From Callorhinchus milii (lineage: Eukaryota): a stretch of 64,000 nucleotides of DNA. Under the pieces are notes generated by a model, which worked only from the letters and a program-made list of their open reading frames with translations, did not search any database and was not told the origin of the DNA. The first letter of the stretch is position 1. Every line of letters begins with the position of its first letter. Positions 47,811 to 60,506 of this stretch are shown here, piece by piece. The translations under genes were made by a program, and so were the position numbers. The stretch lies in assembly GCF_018977255.1 (NCBI RefSeq), contig NW_024704743.1, positions 100,130,001-100,194,000 on the forward strand. Direction: 5' to 3'.

Positions 47811-47920
47811 TAAGAGCCAGAGTCCCGACCTTTTATGGCCTGAGAGATCGATAAATATAGCACCAGAGGAGGCAATCAGCCCACCACATCGGCAGCAACA
47901 CATTAGAACTGCAGGTGAAG
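47780..47920 (-). promoter_or_regulatory. Candidate muscle-specific proximal promoter
   Basis: CArG box CCTTTTATGG (47829-47838; minus strand CCATAAAAGG with a CATAAAA TATA-like core), MEF2-like CTATATTTAT (47851-47860, minus), MCAT/TEAD ACATTCCA (47804-47811, minus), E-box CAGGTG (~47912). Confidence 0.7.
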
Positions 47921-47949
47921 TGACATCCTGCTTGATTTTATTATTGTGC

Positions 47950-48104
47950 TGTCCAAAATCCACAACACGTTTCGCCCACAAATATTACAGTCAATTCACT
48001 TTACAGTATATTTGGTGAAGGACTTTGAGACGTCTCGAAGATGTAAAAAGCGCTATATCAAATGCAAGGATTATTATTGTTATTATTATTATTATTATTA
48101 TTAT
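47950..48104 (+). mobile_element. SINE 3' fragment just upstream of the promoter
   Basis: Tail half of the family with (TTA)n. Confidence 0.8.
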
Positions 48105-48489
48105 AACAACAACGTCTTTGAATTGCTTCAATTGAGGCTCCTGTTCTCCAGTTCCTTTTAAGTGATTTTTTTAAAATGTGTATACAATGGAGTGAACTCC
48201 CACTTACTCCTGTGATGGACTTGATTTGATCCATGTATTCAGGCATCCAAAGTAATTGCATATACATATCTGGAGGTGTGGTTTGAAAGGTGGAGGTTAA
48301 ATCTAGATTTATTGTAATGTATGAATAGATGGTCACCCAGATATAATTCTGTGGCTGAAAATGGATCAGGGATTTAGATCCTCACCCAATCTGATTGTTT
48401 GTTGGTTGTTCCCACAACCACTGTTAAATATAAATATTTTAAATGCCACATATACCATTTAGTTATGTAGTTTCTCTCCTCTAGCCCTC

Positions 48490-49113
48490 GGACCATCTCG
48501 TGCAGTGTTCCTCAGGGCTCTGTCCTTGGTCCCCTTCTCTTCAACATCTATATGCTCCCTCTTGGTGACATCATCCACAGACATGGGGTCAACTTCCACA
48601 TGTATGCAGATGACACCCAACTCTATCTCTCTGCCTCCACCCTTGATTCCAGTACCGAGGCCTTTTTGATTGACTCCCTTCAGCGTCTTCTCACCTTAGA
48701 CGCTGACAGCATCACTATCCAAAGATGCACACTCCACCTCACTGAGTCAGTCCGGAACCTTGGCATCTTGTTTGATCCTAAACTATCCTTTCTACCCCAT
48801 ATCCACACCATGACCCGCTCTGCCTTCCCGCACTTCCGCAACAGCGCGCGACTCCACTGGCTTCCCATCACACAGAGGATACAGTTCAAGATCCTGGTCC
48901 TCACCTTCAAAGCCCTCCATGATCTTGATCTCCCCTACCTCTGTGACCTCCTAACCCCCTACCATCCTGCCCGCTCCCTCTGCTCAGCAGACTCCGGCCT
49001 GCTTCACACCCTCCTGCTCGCCGTCCCATCATTGTCGGGCAGGCCTTCAGCCACTGTACCCCCACCCTCTGGAACTTCATCCCGCAGTCCCTCCGCTTAC
49101 AAATGTTGCTGTT
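48490..49113 (+). mobile_element. L2 LINE fragment with internal deletions
   Basis: [39 protein letters not shown]. Confidence 0.92.
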
Positions 49114-49720
49114 GTATTTGAACAGTGACTTGTGATTTTTAATTCATCATTTGTTGTAGTAATTCCAAAATAGAGGAATTGCTTCTCTCTTTTTTTCCAC
49201 ACTATTTTGTCATTTATGTTTTGTGCGTATGTGTGTGTGTCTATGATTATCAAAATAAAAGGCCACAGTGTTAGAGAATCCTTGTGAGATTTTATATCTA
49301 CTGTCAGCATATGTACTGACATACAGTTCAGGTTTAGCTTGGGTAAGAAACACAGTAACATCACCCTAAATTATTCCCTTTACCTCAGCCTCAAAATACG
49401 AGTGTGACTCTTGTATTTTAGATCACGAGACTGCCACGTGACCTCTCAGCCTCAGGCTGTCAATGATTGAAGTCTAAAATGTGACATTTCTTAATGGGAT
49501 TCTTCAATAAGAATACCAAGTAATGGAATAGGGAACTCCTTCAGCTACAGAGGAATATGCCAGGCTGACTCTTGAAAATCCACTCCAATGTTATTTAATT
49601 CCAAAGCAGTATTCCTACCTAGTGGAAGAGAATTCCAATGGGATTATTTGTTAAGAAATACCATACGTTAGATCCCACTAATTTTGTATCAAGTAAATGC
49701 CAAATAACAACAACAAATTA

Positions 49721-50039
49721 TAATAATAATAATAATCCTTGCAATTGATATAGCACTTTCATGTCTTCTCGACGTCTCAAAGCGCTTCACAGAATAGACT
49801 GTAAAGTGAATTGACTGTATATTTGTGGGCGAAACGCAGCAGCCAATTGCGCACAGCAGTGTCCCACAAACAGTCGTAGATTGAAAATGACCAATTTATT
49901 ATTTTTTTTGTTTTGTTTTAAAGGGATTATTATAGGCATGTGGAGTAAGAAACTTGTCCAAGGTTTCTTCCTGCCTGGAATTGAACCCAGGTGTCTCGCT
50001 TGCAAGTCGAGCGCTCCAACCACTGAGTTACAGGACTCC
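49721..50039 (-). mobile_element. tRNA-derived SINE
   Basis: Same family, reverse orientation. Confidence 0.9.
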
Positions 50040-50044
50040 ACAGG

Positions 50045-50535
50045 ACAAATTACATTTGTATAGCGCCTTTCACGTCAGGAGAACGTCCCAAAGTGCTGGA
50101 CAGTTAGGGATCTGTACCCGAGCTAGTGGTTAACATAACATAACATAACGTAACATAACATAACATAACATAACATAACATAACATAACATAACATAACA
50201 TAACATGTAGGAGCAGAAGTAGGCTATTCGGCCCTTCGAGCCTGCCCCGCCATTCAATCATGGCTGATCTTCTAATCTAACTCCAGCTGATAACATAACC
50301 CTGCCTTATCCCCAAATCCCTTAATCCCTTTTGCAATGGTTGGGATCAGGAGTGGTTGAGGGCGGGGAGGGTAGGAGTAGGAGGGTGAATGAAGGCACAG
50401 TTGAAGAGGAGAGTCTTCAAGGAGGCAAGGGAGCGGAAGAGGCGGAAGGACTGTGGGATGGATTTCCAGAGGGTGGGGGCAGAGAGGCTGAACGTCTGAC
50501 TGCCAATGGTGGGGTGGGCAAGGTGGGGGACGTTT
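50045..50535 (-). mobile_element. L2 3' fragment interrupted by a CR1 insertion
   Basis: L2 tail at 50045-50125 and SAPTLWKSIP...LKTLLF at 50345-50535. Confidence 0.8.
50132..50337 (-). mobile_element. CR1 3' end with expanded (CATAA)n tail
   Basis: Near-identical to 32515-32660; ~14 CATAA units at 50132-50205. Confidence 0.9.
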
Positions 50536-50779
50536 GCAAATAAAAGTGGGCATTTGCAGTTGTGATTCTGCCAAACCATTTTGTAACATCATACAGAAGA
50601 GATTTTGTGCAGGAGTTGATCTCCTGTCTTGAAGATGGAAGAATAATATTGGAACCTAATAAAAAAATAGAAATGCTAGAATGCTGGAAGTCCAGCAACC
50701 TCTGAAGGAGAAAAATACATTAATGTTTTGAATTGTCCTCACTTTCAAATGCAACCTCCACCTCACATCACAGGATTCA

Positions 50780-51040
50780 TGGTAAAGTGTGTTTTGTATT
50801 TTGTGGACGAACATTACAATCAATTTGTGCACATCCATGTCCCACAAACAACAGTAAAGTAAATAACCAATTTGAGAAACTGTTGGTCAGGACACCGGGA
50901 GAAACTCCCTCTTTTTTTTCGAATAGTGCAATGGGATCTTTATTAACAACTAAACAGGCAAACTGAACCTTGGTTCAACTTTTCATCCAATGGAAAACAC
51001 CTCCAACATTACGATGCTCTCCCAACACTGCATTGGAGAG
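50780..51040 (-). mobile_element. Deu-domain SINE, partial
   Basis: ggtcaggacaccgggagaaactcc...atgggatcttt. Confidence 0.65.
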
Positions 51041-51604
51041 CCATTCTAAATTGATCACCATAATCCCACCCAAATCTTTTATTTTCACCTTTGTTGAAGG
51101 AATTCTAGTCATTTTGTAACTATGTTATAATAATCCTTGCATTTGTTTATTGTTTCCTACTTCAATGTGCATAACCATAGATGTATCAACATTAAAATTC
51201 CTTTCAATTTCCATAGCTTATTCTTTTATTTTGCAAATGTATTTCAAAGAAGAATGAATGCGTGCAGGATTGATAATATTTAATTTGTTTTAATACTTTT
51301 GGATGGCGGCAGGAGGTCTTAATTTTTGGTGTGCTTATTTGTTAGTTGCAAAGATTGAAAATGGTTTAAATAGAAACAGAGACAACTAGGGATTTCCTGA
51401 ATTATACAATTATATATGGATCAGAGGCAGATTCAGTGCTGAGCAGACCTTAGATTCTGACTCAGGGGCAAGAGTGCTATCAATTGAGCTAAGCTGACAT
51501 CTGATTCCTTATTAAGATTATCCCTTTAAGATTATACCTCAATGTATATATCTATCATTCTGAAATGCGAAAACCTGTTAACTTCCCATGGGGTGATAAA
51601 GAAC

Positions 51605-51890
51605 CAACAACAACAACAACTTGGATTTATATAGCGCCCTCCATGCTGGACGGCGTCTCAGAAACAGATCCCGGGGCTGAGCCAGGGGGAGGGGGAGGAA
51701 GGTGACCAAAGGCGCGGTCGAAAAGAAAGATCTTCAGCAGAGAACTGAAAATGCGAAGGGAGGGAGCGAGACGAAGGGAGTGAGGAAGGCAGTTCCAGAG
51801 CCTCTGGGCATAGTGGCTGAAGGCACGGGCGCCGAGGGTGGAGCAGAGGACTCAGGGGACGAGGAAGAGGCCAGACCCGGAGGAACAAAG
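51605..51890 (-). mobile_element. L2 LINE 3' fragment
   Basis: Closely similar to the 3' end at 55603-55860. Confidence 0.88.
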
Positions 51891-51924
51891 GCAATGGGTA
51901 CTGTTTTGTACAACCTTTTGGAAG

Positions 51925-51990
51925 AGATTGTTAAAACCTAAGCCAATCCTCAGTACAACCACTGAGGATTGGCTTAGGTTTTAACAATCT
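51925..51990. repeat. Perfect 30-bp inverted repeat with a 6-bp spacer
   Basis: AGATTGTTAAAACCTAAGCCAATCCTCAGT-acaacc-ACTGAGGATTGGCTTAGGTTTTAACAATCT. Confidence 0.97.
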
Positions 51991-52201
51991 TGACCTGACA
52001 GTTACAGTACTCAGAATTATTGGGAAGATATCTAATTCCATGTGCACACCACACTTGTCAAAAACTACAGGGATCGTTGTAAACTCAAGTAACTTTGAAT
52101 AAATGCTGCATTAATGTACTGAGAAATAGTGATTGTATTTTTCTGCTCCTGACTGCTCCAGTGTCTCAACGATATATGTAACTATGGAGTCCTATAGCTG
52201 T

Positions 52202-52520
52202 GGAGTCCTGTAGCTCAGTGGTTAGAGCACTCGCTTTGCAAGCGAGAGAACTGAGTTCAATTCCAGGCAGGGCGAAACCTTGGGCAAGTTTCCTTACTCC
52301 ACACAGAGCCTAATAATAATCCCTCCAAAACCAAAAACAATAATAAATTGATCATTTTCAATCTACGACTGTTTGTGGGACATTGCTGTGCGCAATTGGC
52401 TGCCGCGTTCGCCCACAAATATACAGTCAATTCACTTTACAGTGTGTTCTGTGAAGCGCTTTGGGACGTCCTCCCGACGTGAAACGCGCTATATCAAATG
52501 CAAGGATTATTATTATTATT
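52202..52520 (+). mobile_element. tRNA-derived SINE, full length
   Basis: Near-identical to 43767-44090. Confidence 0.92.
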
Positions 52521-52859
52521 AACTATTGATATATTACGTGAAATACATGAAACTTACCAATTTCTGGTTTCATCTTTTTGCAGCAAACCTGAGGGTACTT
52601 GACTCACACTGAGTCAGGGAGCTGGAGTCAGTGAGTTCAGTGATATCCTCTGTGGACCACAATTTTCCATTGTAATGGTTGTAGTCAGAGGTTATGCATT
52701 CGACTTTGTGCAGAGAGCAGCCTTTTGTTCCGCTGCCCTTTTAATAGAATACAGATCCCTCCCAGTGAATCTGATGAGAGTCCTGACAATAATTTGTAAC
52801 ATTTTAATGCATTATAGTCAATTAATGTTGAGATTCTTACAGGTGAAGTCAGACACTTT

Positions 52860-53143
52860 AATTTCCTCCAGGAAATGCAAGACGAAATAAGTGATCTTTT
52901 GGTTATCATTTTAAGGAACTCTATTAATGACACTGAGGAAGTACTTAAAGAATGGAGCTTAACAAATATCCTGTTACTTGCCTACAAGTAGACACTCATT
53001 CACTCTACAGTAAACTCTACAAAGCACTATGAGTCATTTGTCTGATGTGAAAGGTGCTATATCAAATGCAAGGATAGTTATCCTTTTCTTGTTTTAATTA
53101 CAGAAAAAAGACAGACATGAGCCTGGAAATTATAGACCAGTAA
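52860..53143 (+). mobile_element. CR1-type RT N-terminal fragment, split by an inserted SINE/L2-type tail
   Basis: LQEMQDEISDLLVIILRNSINDTEEVLKEWSLTNI ... KKDRHEPGNYRPV. Confidence 0.7.
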
Positions 53144-53193
53144 CAGGGCTGATAGCCTAATGTTTCTAGTGGGAGTGGGGGGGGGAAGCATTT

Positions 53194-53513
53194 AAGTCCT
53201 GTGGCTCAGTGGTTAGAGCACTCGCTTTGCAAGCGAGACACCTGGGTTCGATTCCCAACAGGGTGAAACCTTGGGCAAGTTTCCTTACTCCACACGCCTG
53301 ATAATAATCCCTCAACAAAAACAATAATAAATTGGTCATTTCAATCCACGACTGTCTGTGGGACACTGCTGTGTGCGATTGGCTGCCGCATTTCACCCAC
53401 AAATATACAATCAATTCACTTTACGGCATATTCTGTGAAGCACTTTGAGACGTCTAGAAGATGTGAATAGCGCTATACCAAATGCAAGGATTATTATTAT
53501 TTATTATTATTAT
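53194..53513 (+). mobile_element. tRNA-derived SINE
   Basis: Same family; A and B boxes; (TTA)n tail. Confidence 0.9.
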
Positions 53514-53864
53514 TAAGAGCATCATAAGAGGGCCATACAACAATCAATAACACTTTGTATTTGATGTAGTAATTGTCATATTGAAACATATCAGAGCATT
53601 TCATACACTAACCTCCAATGGAGTAACTAGAACCAGCACAGACACAAATGGTCTCCTAGTTTGATGTAAACATTCTATTATTCTGGAAATTTTACAATGG
53701 TACTTGCTGTGCAGTGACTACTGTCATTTAAGCAAATGCAACAACCATTGTGTAAAACAGCAATGAGATGAGTGACCAATGAATCTGTCTTCAGATGATT
53801 TTAATTGAATGTAATTTCTAATTTGAACTATTAATAGACAACACAATGTAATAATAAAATTGTC

Positions 53865-54160
53865 ACTCCAGCATAGGGATACATCGTCAGAGGTGTTGTC
53901 CTTCAGATGAGAGACCAGGGCTCCATTTGCCTGTTTAGATGCGTGTTGAAGATCCCATGGCACTATACAAAAAGAGTAGAAAGTTTCTCCTGGTTTGCTG
54001 GCCAACAATTCCTCAAATAAAATTGGTCATTCATTTCATGCCTGTTTGTGGGACAAATTGATTGCCATTTTCGCCTACAAATTTCACAATTATTATTCCT
54101 GTGAAGTAGTTTGAGACATTTCAACAGTGTGAAAGGGTTATATAAAATGCAATCAATATT
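53865..54160 (+). mobile_element. Deu-domain SINE, partial
   Basis: gtcagaggtgttgtccttcagatgagaga...gatcccatggcacta. Confidence 0.7.
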
Positions 54161-55055
54161 ATTTATTTTTATAACTAACTCATAGTGAGGTACAATTTGT
54201 GATGGTCCTTATAAGCTATTGTCCCCAAGGGGACAACACACCCCTCCAGGTTAATGGTTTCTTCCACTTTGTTTGAATCCCATTAAGTCCCTTCAGCCTT
54301 TCACCCTTTCACAGATGATAGAATTAGCAAAGTTGTGCAGGCGCACAGCAATGAAAAAATAAGAATAATCCTTGCATTTGATATAGGGCCTTTCACGTTG
54401 GGAGGATGTCTAAAAGCGCTTCATAGGATTTACTGTGAATTGTAGTGACTGTGTACATTGTAGCTACACAATTCAAGGCATTGTTGAGAGTGTACATCAG
54501 ATCCATTAAATATCACATGTCCATGTTCAGAGTTCTGCACATAGGCACCTTAAGCTACAAGGTCATTGAGAGCCTAACAATAACAAACCACAATGTTTGG
54601 GTTCGCTTGTCTCCCAACACCTTGTCACAAGCCAGAAATGTGTCTTTACCAACACTGTCCCAAACTTAGTTTCACAGAAACATTCCTAATCTTTTATTAG
54701 ACGTTTATCAGTGTGGGCCATGTGATTAACATAGGGAGTTAATAACTTCATTCCACTACCCAGAGCAATAAATTAAAATGAGAGCAAATAACTCCCGAAA
54801 TCTATTTTAATCCTAACAATTGTTGCTGTCATTCCCTTGTAGTGTTCGGGACTGTTACCACAGATATACTTGAAGCTCTACACAGAGGACTTTCCATGTG
54901 TTCCTCCTCCTCACATTAGTGCTGTCAGCAATTTGTTTCATTCAATGAAATAACACAGCTTCATTTCATTTTTATTTACACTTTCATACGGAAATAATCT
55001 CTTGTGTATGTTTACAGATATGAAAGGGGGGAATGCGAAATAAAATGCAGGAACG

Positions 55056-55367
55056 TGGAGTTGTGCAGCTCAGTGGTTAGAGCACTCACCTCGCAAGCGA
55101 GAGACCTGAGTTTGATTCCCGACAGAACAAAACCTTGGGCAAGTTTCCTTACTCCACATGCCTGATAATGATCCCTCAAGAAAAAAAACAATAATAAATT
55201 GGTCACTTCAATCCACGGCTGTTTGTGAAACACTGCCATGCGCAATTGGCTGCTGTGTTTCATCCACAAATATACAGTCAATTCACTTTACAGTATATTC
55301 TATGAAGCGCTTTGAGACATCTAGAAGACGTGAAACATTATATCAAATGCAAGGATTATTTTTATTA
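55056..55367 (+). mobile_element. tRNA-derived SINE
   Basis: Same family. Confidence 0.9.
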
Positions 55368-55602
55368 TAACATGCAAGAGCATTTGGATAGTGCCTATCA
55401 CACAAGGCATCTCAAAGCCCTGTACAGTGGTAGGGTTGGATGCCGAGCAAGAGAAAGGGTGACACGACCATGGGCAAGGTCAAAGAGGTAGGTCTTAAAT
55501 TCCAGAGATTAGAGACGTGGTGGCTGTAGTCACTAAATTCCAGCCAGCTTTACGTATGAGATGATTTTGCCTTAGTGCTTTGGGTCCATTTTAAATTCAT
55601 TC

Positions 55603-57230
55603 AACAATAACAACAACTTGGATTTATATAGTGCCCTCCACGCCGGACGCATCTCAGAGCGCTTCACAGTGACGGATCCCGGGACCGAGCCAGGGGGAGG
55701 GGGAGGAAGGTGACCAAAGGCGCAGTCGAAAAGAAAGGTCTTCAGCAGAGACCTAAAAATAGGAAGGGAGGTAGCGAGGCGAAGGGAGTGATGAAGGCAG
55801 TTCCAGAGCCTCGGAGAATAGTGACTGAAGGCATGGCTGCTGAGGGTGGAGCGGAGGACACGGGAGAAGCTGTTTGTGCAGATGTACTGCTGGTGGTTTG
55901 TGAGGTAGGACTCGAACCAGGCGAGTGCGGTCCCACTGAGGTGGATGACGGAGGAAAGGCGGTGGAGGAGGATGGAGCGATCGACTGTGTCGAACACAGC
56001 GGAGAGGTCGAGTAGGACAAGGAGGCAGAGAGAGCCCTGGTCACAGATAGAGAGGATGTCGTTTGTGACTTTCACAAGTGCAGTCTCTGTATTGTGGGCA
56101 GGGCGGAAACCGGACTGGAGGGGTTCGAAGAGGGAGTGGGAGGAGAGGTTTGCGCGGAGTTGATTGGCAACAACACGTTCTAGAACTTTTGCGAGGAAGG
56201 GCAGGTTAGAAATAGGACACTTATGCCTGGGGTTTGAGAGATCTAGGGACAGTTTTTTCAGGAGAGGGATGATGACAGCAGTTTTGAGGGAGGCAGGGAC
56301 TGATCCAGAGGAGAGGGACTGGTTGAAAATGTTAGCTAGTAGTGGGCAGAGGAGGGGGAGCTGGGTGACCAATAAGTTGATGGGGAGGGTGTTGAGGCAG
56401 CAGGTGGTGGGTTTCATGGAGGTGATGGTGGGTGAGAGGGAGGAGGGAGAGATGGGGAGGAAGGAATGTAGAATGGGGTTGGTGGTAGGAGCAGATGATG
56501 GGGAGGGTGAACGGGACAGAGAGGGTGTGGTGGTGGGTGACAAGAGACAGGTGATGAGGTTGCTGGTGGATGTTAAGTATTTTAGATGAAAAGAAGTCCA
56601 TGAACTCCTCGCACTTGGCGTTTGATACGAAGATTGAGGAGGCCTGAGGGAGACACGGAGGAGGTAGTGGGTGGTGGAAAAAAGGATTTTAGGGTTGTGT
56701 TTAGCCTCCAAGATGATGTTGGATGATGTTCCGTGTGTCAAAGAACGGCGGTAGCTGTGGAGATGCTCGAGCCACAGTTGGCGGTGAACTGTCAGGCCAG
56801 TTTTCCGCCATTTGCGCACAAGCAGCCGGGTTTGGGTTTTTTGGCGATGAAGATGGTTGTTGTACCAGGGAGTTTGGGTGGGTTTGGAGATGGTCCTGGA
56901 TTTCAGGGGGACGAGGGAGTTGAAGGTGGAGGAGAGGTGATCATGGAGCAGCTGGACGGCTGCTTCAGGATCTCCGCGGGTGGAAGGCCAGAGGGATAGG
57001 ATGTTTGATGATGAGAGGGCCTTCGTGAGGTCTCAGGGGGTAGCCTTTTCCAAGGGCGGTAGAGGATGGTTGAGGGCTTGGTGGAGGAGAGAAGGATGTG
57101 AGAGGAGAAGGAGATGAAAAAGTGCTCCGAGATGGCCTTGTCCACTATGCTGAGATCGGAAATGTCAAGGCCGTGGGTGATAACAAGATCAAGGGCATGG
57201 CCACGGTTGTGGGTGGGTGAGTTTATATGA
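55603..57230 (-). mobile_element. L2-clade LINE fragment (ORF2 endonuclease end, RT, 3' end; internally deleted)
   Basis: PTHNRGHALDLV; PISNLPFLAKVLERVV; QSGFRPAHNTETAL; LLDLSAVFDTVD; (TTG)n tail. Confidence 0.93.
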
Positions 57231-57944
57231 TACATTCTTCACTTTCTTTTAAAGAAGTGCTTTCTTTTAAAGATCTGTGAAGGAAGTAGGTTCCAAGTTG
57301 AGACTGACCTTTACAATTTTCCATTTTAGCATCTCTGAGCCTATTTCAATTCTAAGAAAAAAAGGCTGGGTTTACACGCTAAGACTAGTGGGAACTTCAG
57401 AGCTCCTGCCCTTAAAGCTGGGCTTTGGAATGAGCATTCCTGTGGATGGTTCACCCACAGGTTCTTTCGGAGCCATGTACTTAATCTAGCCTGACCACAT
57501 TAATCCAGGGCACCAGAGCATAGTTACAAAGTCTCTTCAATGGATACAGTATTTGAACTTAATTGAGCTGAAGCTCAGAAGTTTTGAACTTTCATTGTGT
57601 ATTTTTATACTGTTGTAGCTGTGGTTCCTTGCTGGGGTTTGCAATGCTTCACTGATTGCTATTGAATTCTAAGCCATAATCAATGTTCAAATGTAGCAAT
57701 TAGCACCAAGCTCTTAAAAGTAATAACATCCAGAACCATTATCAGTAGTTAGTGAAAGCCTGAAACATGACAGGTAGCTTTGGTATTCCGAGCCCAGATA
57801 AAGGATAAAATTTGCTGAGCTAAATCCACATGACTGAAATGAAATCTATCTTATATTCACACAGATAGATTTCTATGCTTCATGCCAACATACTGGAGAT
57901 TTTTTCACACGTGAACTGTTCCACACACCCAGAAATTATATAGA

Positions 57945-58560
57945 GTTACATAGAGTGATACAGCCACAGGCAGTCAGCCCAACTAGTCGGTGCTGCCTAT
58001 ATGTGGCTGATGCAGGTCACATTTCTTTATATTAAATTTCATCTACCGCTTATCTGCCCATTCTGCAAGTCGATGTACTCCACGCAAGTCTCCACCCACA
58101 ATACCCACTATTCCACCAAGTTTTCTCTTAAATAAATTAATGTTAACCACAGCTTCTAGGAGTGAGTTCCACATTTTCATACCCCTCTGTGTGAAGAAGT
58201 TCCCCTTAAACTCCTTAATAGATTATTACCAGCTATCGTATATTTACGCCCTCGAGTTTTGTACTCACCAATAAATGGAAATACCTTATCAACATATATC
58301 TTATTGAAACCTTTTCAACAACAACAACAACTTACATTTATCTAGCACCCTTCACACGGGGTAGCATCCTAAAGTGGTTTTCATAATCTTAAACACCTTT
58401 CTCATGTTTCCTCTCAATCATCTCAACTCTAGAGAGAAGAGCTGCAAACTGGTCAAACTTTCTTGATAGCTGTATCCACTTATCCCTAGTAACATCCTTG
58501 TAAATTTACTCTGTACTCTCACTACTGTTATATTATCTTTACTGTAATATAGCGACCATA
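57945..58560 (-). mobile_element. Degraded CR1 fragment
   Basis: FFTQRGMKMWNSL-like and TRGRKY-like motifs on the minus strand. Confidence 0.7.
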
Positions 58561-60506
58561 ACTCAATACTCCACCTTGCAGTAAATACTGTGAAGTGCTT
58601 TGAAATGTTTCATAGACGTGATAAAGCTCTGTATTAAATTCAAGGATTAATTATTTTATTCTAATTTACGAATAATAGAATTAATTTGCAAAAATTTCCC
58701 AATTTCTAAGTGCCTATGGACCAATGCCATTATACCCATGCTCCTGTGTGACAGCACCGCTTGGTGTATTCTATGACTAATCCTCATCTGTAAACTCACT
58801 GACTGCAGCTTTGCCCCTTCAGAAATAATTTCTGTGTTGATGCGTCTTCTCTGCCTGGCAGTGTGCGGCAAATTCCTCCTTAATGACCATAATAACAAAC
58901 CTAATTATCATTTGTTTCATTTTAACAAGCATTTTGATCCCGATGAGGAGAAACAAAATATGGTCATATGTGCAGTCACTCAATATTCCCCGTGTTTACC
59001 CCAATGTGAATCTATCACTGTATTTACTTTGCTCTGTTTGTCACTTCTACTTTTGCAGTTGTGGACAGAGCAACAACAACAACAACAATGGAAAACTTGG
59101 GAGAAATATACAGCCATGGTTGAATGAAGGCTTGCTTGACATTATCAATTCTGAGAAGAAAACACTCAAGCATGATCTAACCAGCATTTCAACCCCATGG
59201 CCATTTTATAACCAGGGGCCTCCTCTGCTGTATCAGTTGCTTTTAACCCTCCCCCACCCCATCTGCTGCAGACATTTTTTTGTATATGGGCTTTTTATTG
59301 TGTTTGTGGTCAGTTTGTGCTGGCAGCAGTTGTCAGTGCGGATGTTGTCAGTTGATGTGCTTGTCCTTGACAAGTCTATTTCAATTCTAGCAGTCAATCT
59401 TCCACAGAAAGCACACACTTCATTCTGCTTCATCTCCTACTGCCATCTCCATCGGAAATATCTTCATTCTCTAGCAGCTTTGAAAAGTAAAAAGCAAACA
59501 CTATGCCATTCATGGGGATGAACTTTGTAATAATAATGTAATAATAAAATAATTATCCTTTTATTTAATACAGTGTTTTTCACATCAGGAGGGCTTCTCA
59601 AACTGCTTCACAGGATATACTGTAAAGTATAGGGGCTGTGTATTTTGTAGACAATCACAGCAGCCAACTTACACACAGAAAATAATATCATTGAACAGCA
59701 ATAATGTGTTTTGTGTATAATGCACTATCATTGAATAATTCTAATGTTTAATATGTAATGTATTGTCATTGAATAATTCTAATGAATATTCCTTATCGTT
59801 AATGTTCTACCCATTATTGATTCAGTAATTATCAGTGATCTGTTTACTTTACTACAGTGTCTGTCACTGACTGCTAAAATTCATGCCTTCCCCCACCTCC
59901 GCAACATCGCCTGGCTCCACCACTGTCTCACTGGTGAGTGTTGTTTTTCATTTTCTTTCCTCCTCTGAAGATGCTTTTTCTTTCCTCCTCTCTGCTGGAC
60001 TATTGACTTATGGCATACAGAAAGAAATATCCAATCAAGAAAATGTATTTTGGTGGCCAACAATAAAAGTTGGCCAACACTGACCCATTAGTGGAATCTA
60101 TTCATTCACACATTCATACCAATTTACCCAGAGGTTGTCCATAACATTTAGGCCAAGATGTTGAATAATGCTATATGTCCTACTGCTGAGCCGATGGCAA
60201 TTGATAGACAAGTGGTGAGGCATCACAGGGCTTGGAGGTGAAAATGCCAAACTGTTTACTGCGAGACGTGATCTACATTGTAATTTGTGATTGAAGTGGC
60301 ACTCCATGTCAGTCTGCAGCACCACACATTGTATATGCTCTACGTGCTTTCTATTTATAAACAGATACAGAGGTGCAGTTCAGACAAGAGTCTGACAAGC
60401 TTTGGAAAGCAAAGGTCTTTGTTTGGTGCTCTCTCTCTATCAACACTGCTGACACAAGAATGTCTGGCTTCATTAACTGTGATAAGGAAGCTATTTCATG
60501 GGAGAA

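Noticed and set aside
55572-56819. 415-aa ORF as a host gene or functional reverse transcriptase
   Set aside because: It is an L2 ORF2 fragment lacking the catalytic YADD region because of an internal deletion.
58883-59521. 212-aa ORF
   Set aside because: Low-complexity, no recognisable domain, includes a (CAA)n tract; likely a chance ORF.
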